From an uncultured Clostridia bacterium (GTDB taxonomy: Bacteria > Bacillota > Clostridia > Oscillospirales > CAG-272), in NCBI GenBank assembly GCA_945936265.1, contig CAMETB010000001.1, forward strand, positions 1 to 33,335: a stretch of DNA of 33,335 bases. Direction: 5' to 3'. The stretch's first letter is position 1. The number at the start of each line of letters is the position of its first letter. Below the pieces are notes generated by a model. The model saw nothing but the letters and a program-made list of their open reading frames with translations, was not told the origin of the DNA and ran no database searches. Position numbers and translations under genes: made by a program. This document shows positions 9,249-17,775 of this stretch, piece by piece.

Positions 9249-10544
9249 TCAATTCTCATTTTTTCTAAGTCCGGAAAATATTTTACAAAATCTCAACGAG
9301 CGTTCCCTGTAGTTTTCAAACATATCAAAACTTGCGGAAGCGGGAGATAAAAGAACGCTGTCTCCGCATTTCGCTTTTGAAAACGCTTGTGTAACCGCCT
9401 CATCAAAGTTTTCAGTCACCGTTATATTGTCGCATACATCAAAAACGGATTCATATATTTTTTCTCTGTTCTCTCCGCAGATAACGATCGCTTTTATGCC
9501 GCATAGTGCCTTGCCGAGAATATCGTAGGTTAGATTTTTGTCGTATCCGCCCAGAATAATGACGGTTTTGGATTTGTCAAATGTACTTGCAGTAGCCGCC
9601 GTTCTTGACGGTGTAGAGTCTATCGAGGAATCAAAAAACGATACTCCACCGACTTTTCCCACAAATTGCATTCTTGATTTAACACCTTCAAAAGACGAGA
9701 GTACCTCCCGTATATCGTCTGTCGGCACATATTCAAAAGCCGCACCGACCGATGCCATTGCATTCATAAGATTAAACTTTCCGCGCAGCCTTATTTCGTC
9801 CGTTTTTATGATTTTTATGCCGTCGTAGCAAAGATAACCGCCCTCCACCGTGACAAAATGCGCACACTCCTCAGGCTTTTTTGTTTCTTTTAAGGAAAAA
9901 CAGGTTATATCCTCGGGTGGTTTGCAAGAGGCAAACTCCCGAACGGTAAAATCGTCGTAATTGAGAACCGCCCTTGACGAGATTAAGACTATATTTTTCT
10001 TTGCGTCAATGTATTCGCCCATCGAGGTGTGCCAATCAAGATGGTTTTCTGTAATATTGGTAACCACGCACGTATCGAGCGATGCGGTAAAATCCATAAG
10101 CTGAAAACTTGACAGCTCGGCAACTATAAAAGAATTTTCCTCGGCGCACGGTGCAAAATCAATAACAGGCTTGCCGATATTGCCGCAAAGATACGCTTTG
10201 CCGGTTTTTTCAAGCATCAAATATATGAGCGTTGATGTCGTACTCTTGCCGTCCGAGCCTGTCACTCCTATCTTTTTTGACTTTGTAAGTGACATGGCAA
10301 ATGACGCTTCCGTCGTTATATATCCTCTGCCCGATATTTTATCGGGACGCACGGAGGGGGAGCGAATAATAATGTCCTCGTTTGTCAAAAGATATCCGTC
10401 ACCGAAAATGCCCGAGGTGCCAAGCGGTAAATCGCACGGCTTTTCGCATCTGACGGTGGGGTGTATCCCGTTTTTTGTAAAATAGGAAAGCGCCGCCTTG
10501 TTTGATACTCCGTATCCTATAAGCGAAGCGGTATTAAAGTTCAT
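9249..10544 (-). CDS. murD: UDP-N-acetylmuramoyl-L-alanine--D-glutamate ligase
   Basis: It has the N-terminal Rossmann-like motif GYGVSNKA, the Mur ligase P-loop GVTGSDGKSTTSTL, and the C-terminal LLSPASASFDMFENYRERS typical of MurD. Length is 431 aa. Confidence 0.85.
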   Translation of the reverse strand: MNFNTASLIGYGVSNKAALSYFTKNGIHPTVRCEKPCDLPLGTSGIFGDGYLLTNEDIIIRSPSVRPDKISGRGYITTEASFAMSLTKSKKIGVTGSDGKSTTSTLIYLMLEKTGKAYLCGNIGKPVIDFAPCAEENSFIVAELSSFQLMDFTASLDTCVVTNITENHLDWHTSMGEYIDAKKNIVLISSRAVLNYDDFTVREFASCKPPEDITCFSLKETKKPEECAHFVTVEGGYLCYDGIKIIKTDEIRLRGKFNLMNAMASVGAAFEYVPTDDIREVLSSFEGVKSRMQFVGKVGGVSFFDSSIDSTPSRTAATASTFDKSKTVIILGGYDKNLTYDILGKALCGIKAIVICGENREKIYESVFDVCDNITVTENFDEAVTQAFSKAKCGDSVLLSPASASFDMFENYRERSLRFCKIFSGLRKNEN

Positions 10545-10617
10545 ATCCGTCCTCTTTCTATATTATAAATAAAAAAGCTCTCAAATTCAATACCTTTGAA
10601 AAATATTCCGCTTTATT

Positions 10618-11579
10618 TCACCACGTCATCATAATATGCGGGGTCGATCCGCCGTTTATTTCATTTGTTATCAGAGCATCAATAAGCAACGAAAAGGAGT
10701 ACCCGTCGTTTATAAAGAGTTTTGGGAACATACTTATGTCGGTAAAGCCGGGTATTGAATTTACCTCGTTAAACAACACTCCCCCGTCTTTTTTAACGAA
10801 AAAGTCCATACGGCAAAAGCCCTTGCATTCAAGTGAGTAAAACAGTTTCTGGCAGTAGTTTCTTATGGCGCGCTCGCTTTGCTTTTCTGTTTTTGCGGGG
10901 ATTATATAACTGACGGTTTTGTCCTTATACTTCGTGTCGTAATCGTAAAATTCACCAAAGTAGCCTATCTCGCCAAGGGTGCTTACTCTTATTCTGCCGC
11001 CGTCGCACATAACCGCCGCTTCCACCTCTTTACCGTCTACCGCTTCCTCGGCAATTACTCGGTCCGAGCAGTAAAAAGCTTTTTCAAGCGCGGTATCGAG
11101 TTCGCTTGCGTGGTTCACCTTTGAAATGCCCACCGATGAGCCTGAGCGGCATGGTTTTATAAACACGGGATAGCCGATTTTTGATATTTTTTCCCTCAAG
11201 GTCTCCCTGCTTGCAAGCTCTCCTTTATAAGCGACAACGCTTTTTGCACACGGGACACCGATATCTTCCGCCACGAGTTTGGTAAGATATTTGTCCATAC
11301 AGATAGCACTTGACAAATATCCGCAACCGACAAATTTTATGCCCGACATCTCAAGAGCGCCCTGTATTCTGCCGTCCTCCCCAAACGCGCCGTGTCGTTA
11401 AAAATCGCTCTTTCGTCACCGTCAAAAAGGTACCACTCGCCCTCTTTCGTTATGCCGAGCTTCAAAACCTCGTATTTCTCTTTGTCAATATGCGAAGCAA
11501 CCGCAAATGCGGAGTGCAGCGACACCTCGTATTCGTTCGATTTTCCGCCGAAAATCAGACACACCGTCGGCTTTTTCAA
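10618..11579 (-). pseudogene. ddl: D-alanine--D-alanine ligase, interrupted by a frameshift (true pseudogene or homopolymer sequencing error)
   Basis: The N-terminal piece (KKPTVCLIFGGKSNEYEVSLHSA...) runs to a stop at 11337. The C-terminal frame is open from 11397 and reads RHGAFGEDGRIQGALEMSGIKFVGCG...DKYLTK...FIKP..GSSVGISKV...EVNSIPGFT. The two frames meet next to the A5 run at 11400-11404. The probable start is TTG at 11579 (MKKPTV), preceded by GAGAGGTG. Confidence 0.85.
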
Positions 11580-11634
11580 AAGAAACACCTCTCAAAAACT
11601 GATTTTACCTTTTTTTAAAAGGTCTGACGATATA

Positions 11635-11663
11635 ATTATATGATACACCGCTCTTTTTGACAA
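11635..11663 (-). promoter_or_regulatory. Sigma-A-type promoter upstream of ddl-murD
   Basis: The minus strand reads TTGTCA - 17 nt - TATAAT. Confidence 0.5.
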
Positions 11664-11730
11664 AAATAAGGCCGCCACAAACCAAAATTTGCATCAGCCT
11701 TGATATTGTATAGAGTATTTTTTAATAATG

Positions 11731-12981
11731 TTATTTATCCTGCGCGACGGTGTTTTTCTTTTTCGGCTTCTCTATCTCTCCGGCAAGCTCGAAGCCTTTC
11801 TTTGCGGCAATTACCGCAATAATTTCGTTTATTACTGCCGCTGCCGCAACCGTGCCTTGCACTATGCCTGCAAGGTCTGAGCGTGTAGCCGAGAGCGTTG
11901 TACAGATAATTCCCGTAAAAACAAGGGAAACGCCCGAATGAGGCAAAAGGGTAAGCCCGAGATATTTCTGAACGGTGGGCGCCATATTTGTTGCCTTTGC
12001 GCCGAGCCTTGCGCCGAAGTATTTTCCGACGATACGTGCGGATATATAAACGAAGGTATAAATGCCTGCGCCGAGTATCAGGCGATAGTTAAGGGGTGCG
12101 CCGAGATCGACTATGGCGGCAAGCAACGAAATGCCAAGTATCGGAGAGAAATCAGCAGTGATTTCGGCAAGGCGCTCCTCGCTTACCATATTGCTGAAAA
12201 CCGCAGAGAATGAAACACCCATAAGCATATAATTGAGCGTTATTCCCGAGAGCAAAAACGTATTGAAAATCCAGCCGATAACCATTGTACAGGTAATTCC
12301 GAGAAGCAAGACGGCAAGCGTTTTTGCCTTGCCTTTTACACGTTTGAGCAAAAGCCCTACGGGCAAGCCGACAATAATTCCTATGGCAACGGGCAAAAGA
12401 ATCATAACTGGTATCATATAAAACGGCATGGAGCCGCCCGAAACCTCTCTTGCTATAAGAGAATTTACGGTAAAGAACACAATAATTCCGACTATATCGT
12501 CAAGTACCGCCATCGGCAAAAGAGTATCGGTAACGGGGCCCTTGGCGTGAAATTCATTGACTATTGATAAAGCGGGGGCGGGAGCTGTGGCAAGTGCAAT
12601 CCCTCCGAACGCAAAAGCAAGGTATATCGGTATATCGGAAAGTGAAAAGATTATTCCGAACACAAGGCTGACGACTGCAAAGGTGCCGAGCGACTGCGTC
12701 ATTGTTGTTATTACAAGCGCCTTGCCGTAGTTTTTAAGTTTTTTCCATACAAGTTCCGTGCCGAGCATCAAGCCGAAGGCACATTGCATCCACATTATAA
12801 TTACCTTGTACCAATCGGAGTCCATAAGTTCCGTCGGCATAAGTCCGACGGCGTGAGGACCGAATATCATGCCGACGATAAGCCAGCCGAGAATTGCGGG
12901 CATCCTGATTTTTGACATAAGTTTTCCCGCAATAAAGGCAATTATTAAAACCGCTATCCAGCGAAATAAATACAATACCAT
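11731..12981 (-). CDS. Cation:proton antiporter (Na+/H+ exchanger family) membrane protein
   Basis: This is a 416 aa, highly hydrophobic polytopic protein with about 11-12 predicted helices and a Gly/Ala/Ile/Leu-rich composition typical of CPA-type exchangers. Its ATG directly abuts the tetR stop, so the two are probably co-transcribed. Confidence 0.7.
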   Translation of the reverse strand: MVLYLFRWIAVLIIAFIAGKLMSKIRMPAILGWLIVGMIFGPHAVGLMPTELMDSDWYKVIIMWMQCAFGLMLGTELVWKKLKNYGKALVITTMTQSLGTFAVVSLVFGIIFSLSDIPIYLAFAFGGIALATAPAPALSIVNEFHAKGPVTDTLLPMAVLDDIVGIIVFFTVNSLIAREVSGGSMPFYMIPVMILLPVAIGIIVGLPVGLLLKRVKGKAKTLAVLLLGITCTMVIGWIFNTFLLSGITLNYMLMGVSFSAVFSNMVSEERLAEITADFSPILGISLLAAIVDLGAPLNYRLILGAGIYTFVYISARIVGKYFGARLGAKATNMAPTVQKYLGLTLLPHSGVSLVFTGIICTTLSATRSDLAGIVQGTVAAAAVINEIIAVIAAKKGFELAGEIEKPKKKNTVAQDK

Positions 12982-13587
12982 TTACTCTCTCTCCTCTGCG
13001 ATACCGTAGAGCATAAAGTCAAAAAGCTTCATCACGTTTTCCTCGTGTATCTTTACTCTTTTCCCAAGCTCGACACCCCTGTAAAGCGGGCTGCTGAAAT
13101 ATCCGTTAAACATAGTCTGCATAAGGCGGAAATACGAAAGGGCGTCGTCCTTCGTTATGCCTTTTCTTAAAACGAGCGTATCGACCGTCTTTTTATAAAT
13201 GCTTTCGTTGAGTTTGTTAAAACTATCGAGCGCTTCGCTTATTTCCTCTGACAGATGGCTTTGCGGCATAAGAAGCGCCTCAAAAAAGATATGCGCCTCG
13301 TTTGGAAACGCCTTAAAAAATTCCATACGGACGGACATATATTTTTCCAGGCTTTCCTCTCCGCCTCTTTTGCGGATATATTCCGTAAAAGTATCGCAAC
13401 TCTTTTTTAAGCAGAACAGGTAAAGACCGTCCTTGCCCGTAAAATTATGATAGATAAGTCCTTTGTTTATTCCCGACTTACATATATTATTTATCGTGCC
13501 GCCGATATAACCGTTTGTGCCGAACTCGTCCATTGCGACCCCGGTTATCTTTGAAACGGTGATTTTCGTTTTTTCGCTTTTCTTCAT
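12982..13587 (-). CDS. TetR/AcrR family transcriptional regulator
   Basis: The N-terminal HTH region reads ITGVAMDEFGTNGYIGGTINNICKSGINKGLIYHNFTGKDGLY. I prefer the start at MKKSEKTK (ATG 13587) because AAGGAG lies 7 nt upstream. The longer track ORF would run through the promoter. Confidence 0.8.
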   Translation of the reverse strand: MKKSEKTKITVSKITGVAMDEFGTNGYIGGTINNICKSGINKGLIYHNFTGKDGLYLFCLKKSCDTFTEYIRKRGGEESLEKYMSVRMEFFKAFPNEAHIFFEALLMPQSHLSEEISEALDSFNKLNESIYKKTVDTLVLRKGITKDDALSYFRLMQTMFNGYFSSPLYRGVELGKRVKIHEENVMKLFDFMLYGIAEERE

Positions 13588-13618
13588 ATTTTTCTCCTTT
13601 TTCGGACGTTCAGTCGGT

Positions 13619-13648
13619 ATTATAGCATAAATTGACCGTATAGTCAAT
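13619..13648 (-). promoter_or_regulatory. Promoter of the tetR-antiporter operon with an overlapping palindromic operator candidate
   Basis: The minus strand reads TTGACT - 17 nt - TATAAT. The perfect inverted repeat ATTGAC-N6-GTCAAT (13631-13648) covers the -35 box. Confidence 0.55.
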
Positions 13649-13708
13649 AATATATGCAAAAAACCGAAAAATGTTTTGGCTAAAAGTCAATGCGTTCATT
13701 TTTGCAAA

Positions 13709-13738
13709 TAAAAAAATGCCCCCTCGGGCATTTTTTAT
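13709..13738. terminator. Intrinsic terminator hairpin flanked by A- and T-runs
   Basis: AAAAAAATGCCC-CCTC-GGGCATTTTTTAT. The palindrome extends outward to TGCAAATAAAAAAA...TTTTTTATTTGCA. It sits immediately after the stop-equivalent of the guaA 3' remnant. Confidence 0.8.
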
Positions 13739-13835
13739 TTGCACTCGGTATGGGCGGTAGTGGCGTTACGTCATAGAGTATAAGAGATATTTTATCTCCG
13801 AAGTTATCAATCGCTCTCACCCGGAATGCATCTAT
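13735..13835 (-). pseudogene. Decayed remnant of the last ~30 codons of a GMP synthase (guaA) gene
   Basis: The minus strand reads ...AIDNFGDKISLILYDVT, then in a shifted frame ATTAHTECK*. Intact guaA ends ...IMDNFGDKISLVLYDVTGKPPATVEWE*. The distance from the core to the stop is 48 nt here and 52 nt in the intact gene, so the remnant is out of frame. Confidence 0.8.
13783..13808. repeat. Direct repeat copy 1 (26-nt exact match to 25887-25912)
   Basis: AGAGATATTTTATCTCCGAAGTTATC is identical at both positions and in the same orientation. Flanking similarity is partial, for example 13 of 17 matches on the stop-codon side. Confidence 0.9.
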
Positions 13836-13917
13836 AACTGCTTTTTATCCGCTGGCGGTTTTATTTGCGTTTAACAGCATGAAACGGATATACAAAACAT
13901 TTTGTTTTTAAGTTATT

Positions 13918-15024
13918 TCAAACTTCCTGAGACCCTGTTTCTTCATCCCTGACAGCGTCTAATGCTGCCCGGATAACCTTGTCCATATCAAGATACTCAT
14001 ATCGTCCCAGACGTCCGCCGAAAATAACATCGGGATGTAAAGCCGAAAGTTCCCGATACTTTGAATACAGCGCCATATTTTTTTTATCATTGACAGGATA
14101 GTAAGGATCCATACCCTTATGCCATTCTGCCGGATATTCACGACTTATAACTGTTGTTTTCTGCGTCCCGTATTCGAAATGTTTGTGTTCTATTATACGT
14201 GTATACGGTATGTCTGATGATGTATAATTCACCACGGCGTTCCCTTGATAATTTTCACAACATAAAATCTCTTCTTCAAAACGAACGCAACGGTACTCCA
14301 GCTCGCCATAACAGTAATCAAAATATTCATCTATCGGTCCGCTGTAAACCGTTTTAAGTGCATCAACCGATTTTTCAATCTGCTTATAATCGGTGTTCAG
14401 CAATACCTCGATACCATCCAGCAATTTATCGAAAATCACTGAATAACCGCCTATCGGAACGCCCTGATATATATCGTTGAAATAATTATTGTCATAGGTA
14501 AATCTTATCGGAATTCTGTCAATTATGAAGGCAGGGAGATCTTTGCATTTTCTGCCCCATTGTTTTTCGGTATATCCCTTGATTAGTTTCTCATATATAT
14601 CAGTTCCAACCAAGGATATCGCTTTCTCTTCCAGATTGTTGGGTGATGAAATTCCGGAATGCAGAATTTGTTCCGATATTATCTTTTTTGCCTCGGAAGG
14701 CGTTTTTATGCCCCACATTTTGCTGAATGTGTTCATATTGAAGGGCAGGTTGTAAATCTGACCCTTATATACGGCGAGCGGTGAATTGATAAAGTTGTTG
14801 AATTCTGCATATTTGTTTACATAATTCCATATCTCACTATCCGAAGTATGAAATATATGCGCGCCGTATTTATGAACATTTATGCCTTCCGTTTGCTCGG
14901 TATAGCAATTTCCTCCGATATGCGGACGTTTATCGATAACCAGACATTTTTTTCCTCTGTCCGTCATCTCTCTTGCAAATACGGCGCCGAATAATCCCGC
15001 TCCTACAACAAGATAATCGTACAT
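13918..15024 (-). CDS. glf: UDP-galactopyranose mutase
   Basis: It has the FAD-binding start MYDYLVVGAGLFGAVFA. Family-typical stretches include HIGGNCYT, HKYGAHIFHT, IIEHKHF, YYPVN and GRLGRYEYLDMD. Length is 368 aa. Confidence 0.9.
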   Translation of the reverse strand: MYDYLVVGAGLFGAVFAREMTDRGKKCLVIDKRPHIGGNCYTEQTEGINVHKYGAHIFHTSDSEIWNYVNKYAEFNNFINSPLAVYKGQIYNLPFNMNTFSKMWGIKTPSEAKKIISEQILHSGISSPNNLEEKAISLVGTDIYEKLIKGYTEKQWGRKCKDLPAFIIDRIPIRFTYDNNYFNDIYQGVPIGGYSVIFDKLLDGIEVLLNTDYKQIEKSVDALKTVYSGPIDEYFDYCYGELEYRCVRFEEEILCCENYQGNAVVNYTSSDIPYTRIIEHKHFEYGTQKTTVISREYPAEWHKGMDPYYPVNDKKNMALYSKYRELSALHPDVIFGGRLGRYEYLDMDKVIRAALDAVRDEETGSQEV

Positions 15025-15855
15025 TTATTTTCTCCTTAAACCCTTGACAATCTTTTTAGCTAAAAATCTTCTCTTGCTCTCAGGTGGGAAAAGTGCATCT
15101 GAAATTCTTTTTTTAGCCGAGCAGCAGATATCAAGCCGGGGAAGTTCTTTTATCAGGACTTTATTTTCGTAACAGTATGATATATATATTCCGGTAAATA
15201 TCTCCCCTAAATATCCGTCCGCTCTGTCAGACTGAAAATCTCCATGGGGCTTTTTCAGCAAATCAAATTCGTTCAATGCATTGAAAAGTATATCACAGTA
15301 CTCGTAAAAGTGAGCCTTATCCATAATAAACATATTACAAAAATATTGCCTTTGCTGTGATAAATACTTTTCAACAGTTTCAGAAAGATGCGGAGATTGC
15401 TTTTTAAGTATTTTTATGAACAAATTCAAATCATCGGCGTAATGATACTGGGAGCCGCAATAGTGTTCGCGAACCGTCAGGCCCATATTTTCACTACGCG
15501 GAGCTATAATTTCGTATCCGGAAATAAGTTTTTCCCATTGTTCCCCGGTGCCGAGAAGTCTTTCATCGGTCAATTGTGAAAATACAAGATACGGGCGCTT
15601 TATGCTGTCATCAATGCAAAAAAGCCTTCGGTAATGACAAAAGCCGTAATAATCGGCAGAAATGTTTTTCCAGGCATAGTAATGAGCTGTAAGTTCGCAA
15701 TATTCACGATTTTTTATCGATATATTTTCGCCATCATTATCGTGAATTACGCCGGCAATACACGGGTTCAAAGCCGCCCCGCATTGTATTGGATTAAATA
15801 AAGGCGGAATTATGCTGTACGAATTATGGCAACATAAGAACAAAGCGTTTTTCAT
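15025..15855 (-). CDS. DUF4422-type glycosyltransferase (probable galactofuranosyltransferase)
   Basis: Motifs PIQCGAAL, DNDGENISIKNREYCELTAHYYAWKN and YYGFCHYRRLF match my recollection of the DUF4422 family. It lies directly adjacent to glf. The start is uncertain. I prefer ATG 15855 (MKNALFL) over the track's TTG at 15882. Confidence 0.7.
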   Translation of the reverse strand: MKNALFLCCHNSYSIIPPLFNPIQCGAALNPCIAGVIHDNDGENISIKNREYCELTAHYYAWKNISADYYGFCHYRRLFCIDDSIKRPYLVFSQLTDERLLGTGEQWEKLISGYEIIAPRSENMGLTVREHYCGSQYHYADDLNLFIKILKKQSPHLSETVEKYLSQQRQYFCNMFIMDKAHFYEYCDILFNALNEFDLLKKPHGDFQSDRADGYLGEIFTGIYISYCYENKVLIKELPRLDICCSAKKRISDALFPPESKRRFLAKKIVKGLRRK

Positions 15856-15976
15856 AAGCGAAAATTTCTCCGTACCGGACAATATGCTTAATAAGTTACA
15901 TACTGTATGGTTTAATTACACAAATCAGGACTCCGAACACAAAATCAACGGGTCAAAAAATATCATTTTAACTGTT

Positions 15977-17071
15977 TTATTGAACTTTAATCCAACTTAT
16001 AAGCTTTCTATATGCCTGTTCCAATCCTACTTGAGGCTTCCACCCGAGAGAACAAAGCTTGGTATTATCCAAAAACAGTTTTGTGTTCGGAGCGTATCCG
16101 TATTTCATTGAATCCGAAGGAATGTCAATAACAACTTTTATTTTATCCTCCGCAATATTATGAGCAACCATCCGAGCCATTTCTATTATAGTTGTATGGC
16201 TTGCCGGATTGCATATATTGTATGCTTCTTTGTACTTGCCTTTTTTCAACAATATAAGAATTGCTCTTATTGCATCAGATGTATATACATAGTTACCCTC
16301 TGACAATCCATTTGTGTGAAGGACTATATCGTTTCCGTCGATAACGCTCCTTGCGAATTGAGCAAACACCCTGTTTTCTGTCGGGAGAATCCCCGCACCG
16401 AAGGTCTGTGCAAGCCTTGCCGTTGTTACATTGACTCCGTATTGCGCCGAATAGGCGTTGCACAAGCACTCACATGCGCGCTTGCTTTCCGGATAACAAC
16501 TTCTGACGGAGGAAAGATCAATATAGCCAAGCGACTTTTCATCTGTCATCTCATTTTTTTCGATGTTTCCGTATACCTCCATCGAAGAAAGATATACCAT
16601 TGACGCGTTATTATCACGGGCAATTTTGAGCAATGAATCGGTACTGTTGAACGCCGAAACAAGAACAGATACCGGGAATGTTACCATTTCCTTTGAGTTT
16701 GTTATGGCTGCCGTATGGATTATAAAGTCGACTTTATCCGAAAATTCAAAATTTCCGCTCCCTAAATCTTCCGTTACCACAAAAGAAAGCGCCGTATTGT
16801 CTGATTCCTGTGAAAAAACAGACTTTGCTTTTTCTATATTTCTGACAACAGCATAAATCTTAATTTTCAGATCGTATTTTCTGTTGTAGTAAAGCAGCGT
16901 TTTGACCATGAGCGATCCTATAAGCCCTGTGCTACCCGTTATGAGAAACGAAGAACCGTAAAAATCTTTCAATCTCAATCCGTCAGATTCAACAGACTCA
17001 AAATCCTCTTCCAGAATTTTATCTTGCAAAGACAAATCAATAGCCATTGATTTGAGAATCCTCCCTTGCAT
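15977..17071 (-). CDS. Extended SDR (NAD-dependent epimerase/dehydratase/reductase family)
   Basis: It has ITGSTGLIGS (GxxGxxG), SSMEVYG and YPESKRACE (YxxxK). The start is ambiguous (TTG 17074, ATG 17071 or ATG 17047). Every option overlaps the stop of the upstream cytidylyltransferase gene. Confidence 0.75.
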   Translation of the reverse strand: MQGRILKSMAIDLSLQDKILEEDFESVESDGLRLKDFYGSSFLITGSTGLIGSLMVKTLLYYNRKYDLKIKIYAVVRNIEKAKSVFSQESDNTALSFVVTEDLGSGNFEFSDKVDFIIHTAAITNSKEMVTFPVSVLVSAFNSTDSLLKIARDNNASMVYLSSMEVYGNIEKNEMTDEKSLGYIDLSSVRSCYPESKRACECLCNAYSAQYGVNVTTARLAQTFGAGILPTENRVFAQFARSVIDGNDIVLHTNGLSEGNYVYTSDAIRAILILLKKGKYKEAYNICNPASHTTIIEMARMVAHNIAEDKIKVVIDIPSDSMKYGYAPNTKLFLDNTKLCSLGWKPQVGLEQAYRKLISWIKVQ

Positions 17072-17765
17072 CAAGAATCGCTCTCATAATATAAAAATCT
17101 TCCGGCGTGGTTATTTTAATGTTATCCTTCGGGCCTTCCGTCAGGTGAAGTTCTTTGCCGTAAAATTTCATCATTGAACAGGAATCGATAAAATCGTTCA
17201 ACCCGGATTTCAAAGACTGACGATGCGCTTCAAGAATATCTTTAAGCCAGAAACTCTGCGGGGCGCGTGCGAGTTTACAATCTTTGCGTGGAGGCACTGA
17301 TAATATTCTGCCGTCTTCGTCTGCCATCAGAACCGTTTCCTGTGCCTTAACACAAGTGATGCAACTCCCGTATTTAAGCACACAATCAATGTTGTCATCA
17401 ATAGTCTGAGAGGTAATGAGAGGTCTTACTCCATCATGGATAAGAACGATGCATTTATCTTTGTCCTCCCCTGCAATCTCCTCCGCCGCACATAAGCCGA
17501 AGTAGATCGACTGCTGACCGGAAGTGCCGCCCTTCTTTATCATCTTAACTTTCCTTATGTTGTACTTGTCAAGCAACATGTTCAGATGATCAATCCATCC
17601 GTCAACGCATACTACAACTATTGCATCTATGCGTGGGTTGTTCTCAAACACTTTCAATGTGTGGATTATTATCGGTTCTCCGTGTACTTCCAAAAACTGT
17701 TTAGGTCTTTCCTTGCTGTTCATTCTGGCACCTACACCGCCTGCAAATATAACCGCTATATTCAT
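17037..17765 (-). CDS. IspD/TarI-family cytidylyltransferase (CDP-alditol or related CDP-activated donor synthesis)
   Basis: The N-terminus MNIAVIFAGGVGARMNSKERPKQFLEVHGEPII is the AGGxGxRM...KQF signature of IspD/TarI enzymes. Length is 242 aa. Confidence 0.8.
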   Translation of the reverse strand: MNIAVIFAGGVGARMNSKERPKQFLEVHGEPIIIHTLKVFENNPRIDAIVVVCVDGWIDHLNMLLDKYNIRKVKMIKKGGTSGQQSIYFGLCAAEEIAGEDKDKCIVLIHDGVRPLITSQTIDDNIDCVLKYGSCITCVKAQETVLMADEDGRILSVPPRKDCKLARAPQSFWLKDILEAHRQSLKSGLNDFIDSCSMMKFYGKELHLTEGPKDNIKITTPEDFYIMRAILDAREDSQINGY

Positions 17766-17775
17766 CTTTTTCTCC

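Noticed and set aside
13588-13659. The longer 225 aa version of the TetR ORF (MHILLTIRSIYAIIPTERPKKEKN...).
   Set aside because: The extension runs through the predicted -10 box and has no ribosome-binding site. The internal ATG at 13587 has AAGGAG at ideal spacing.
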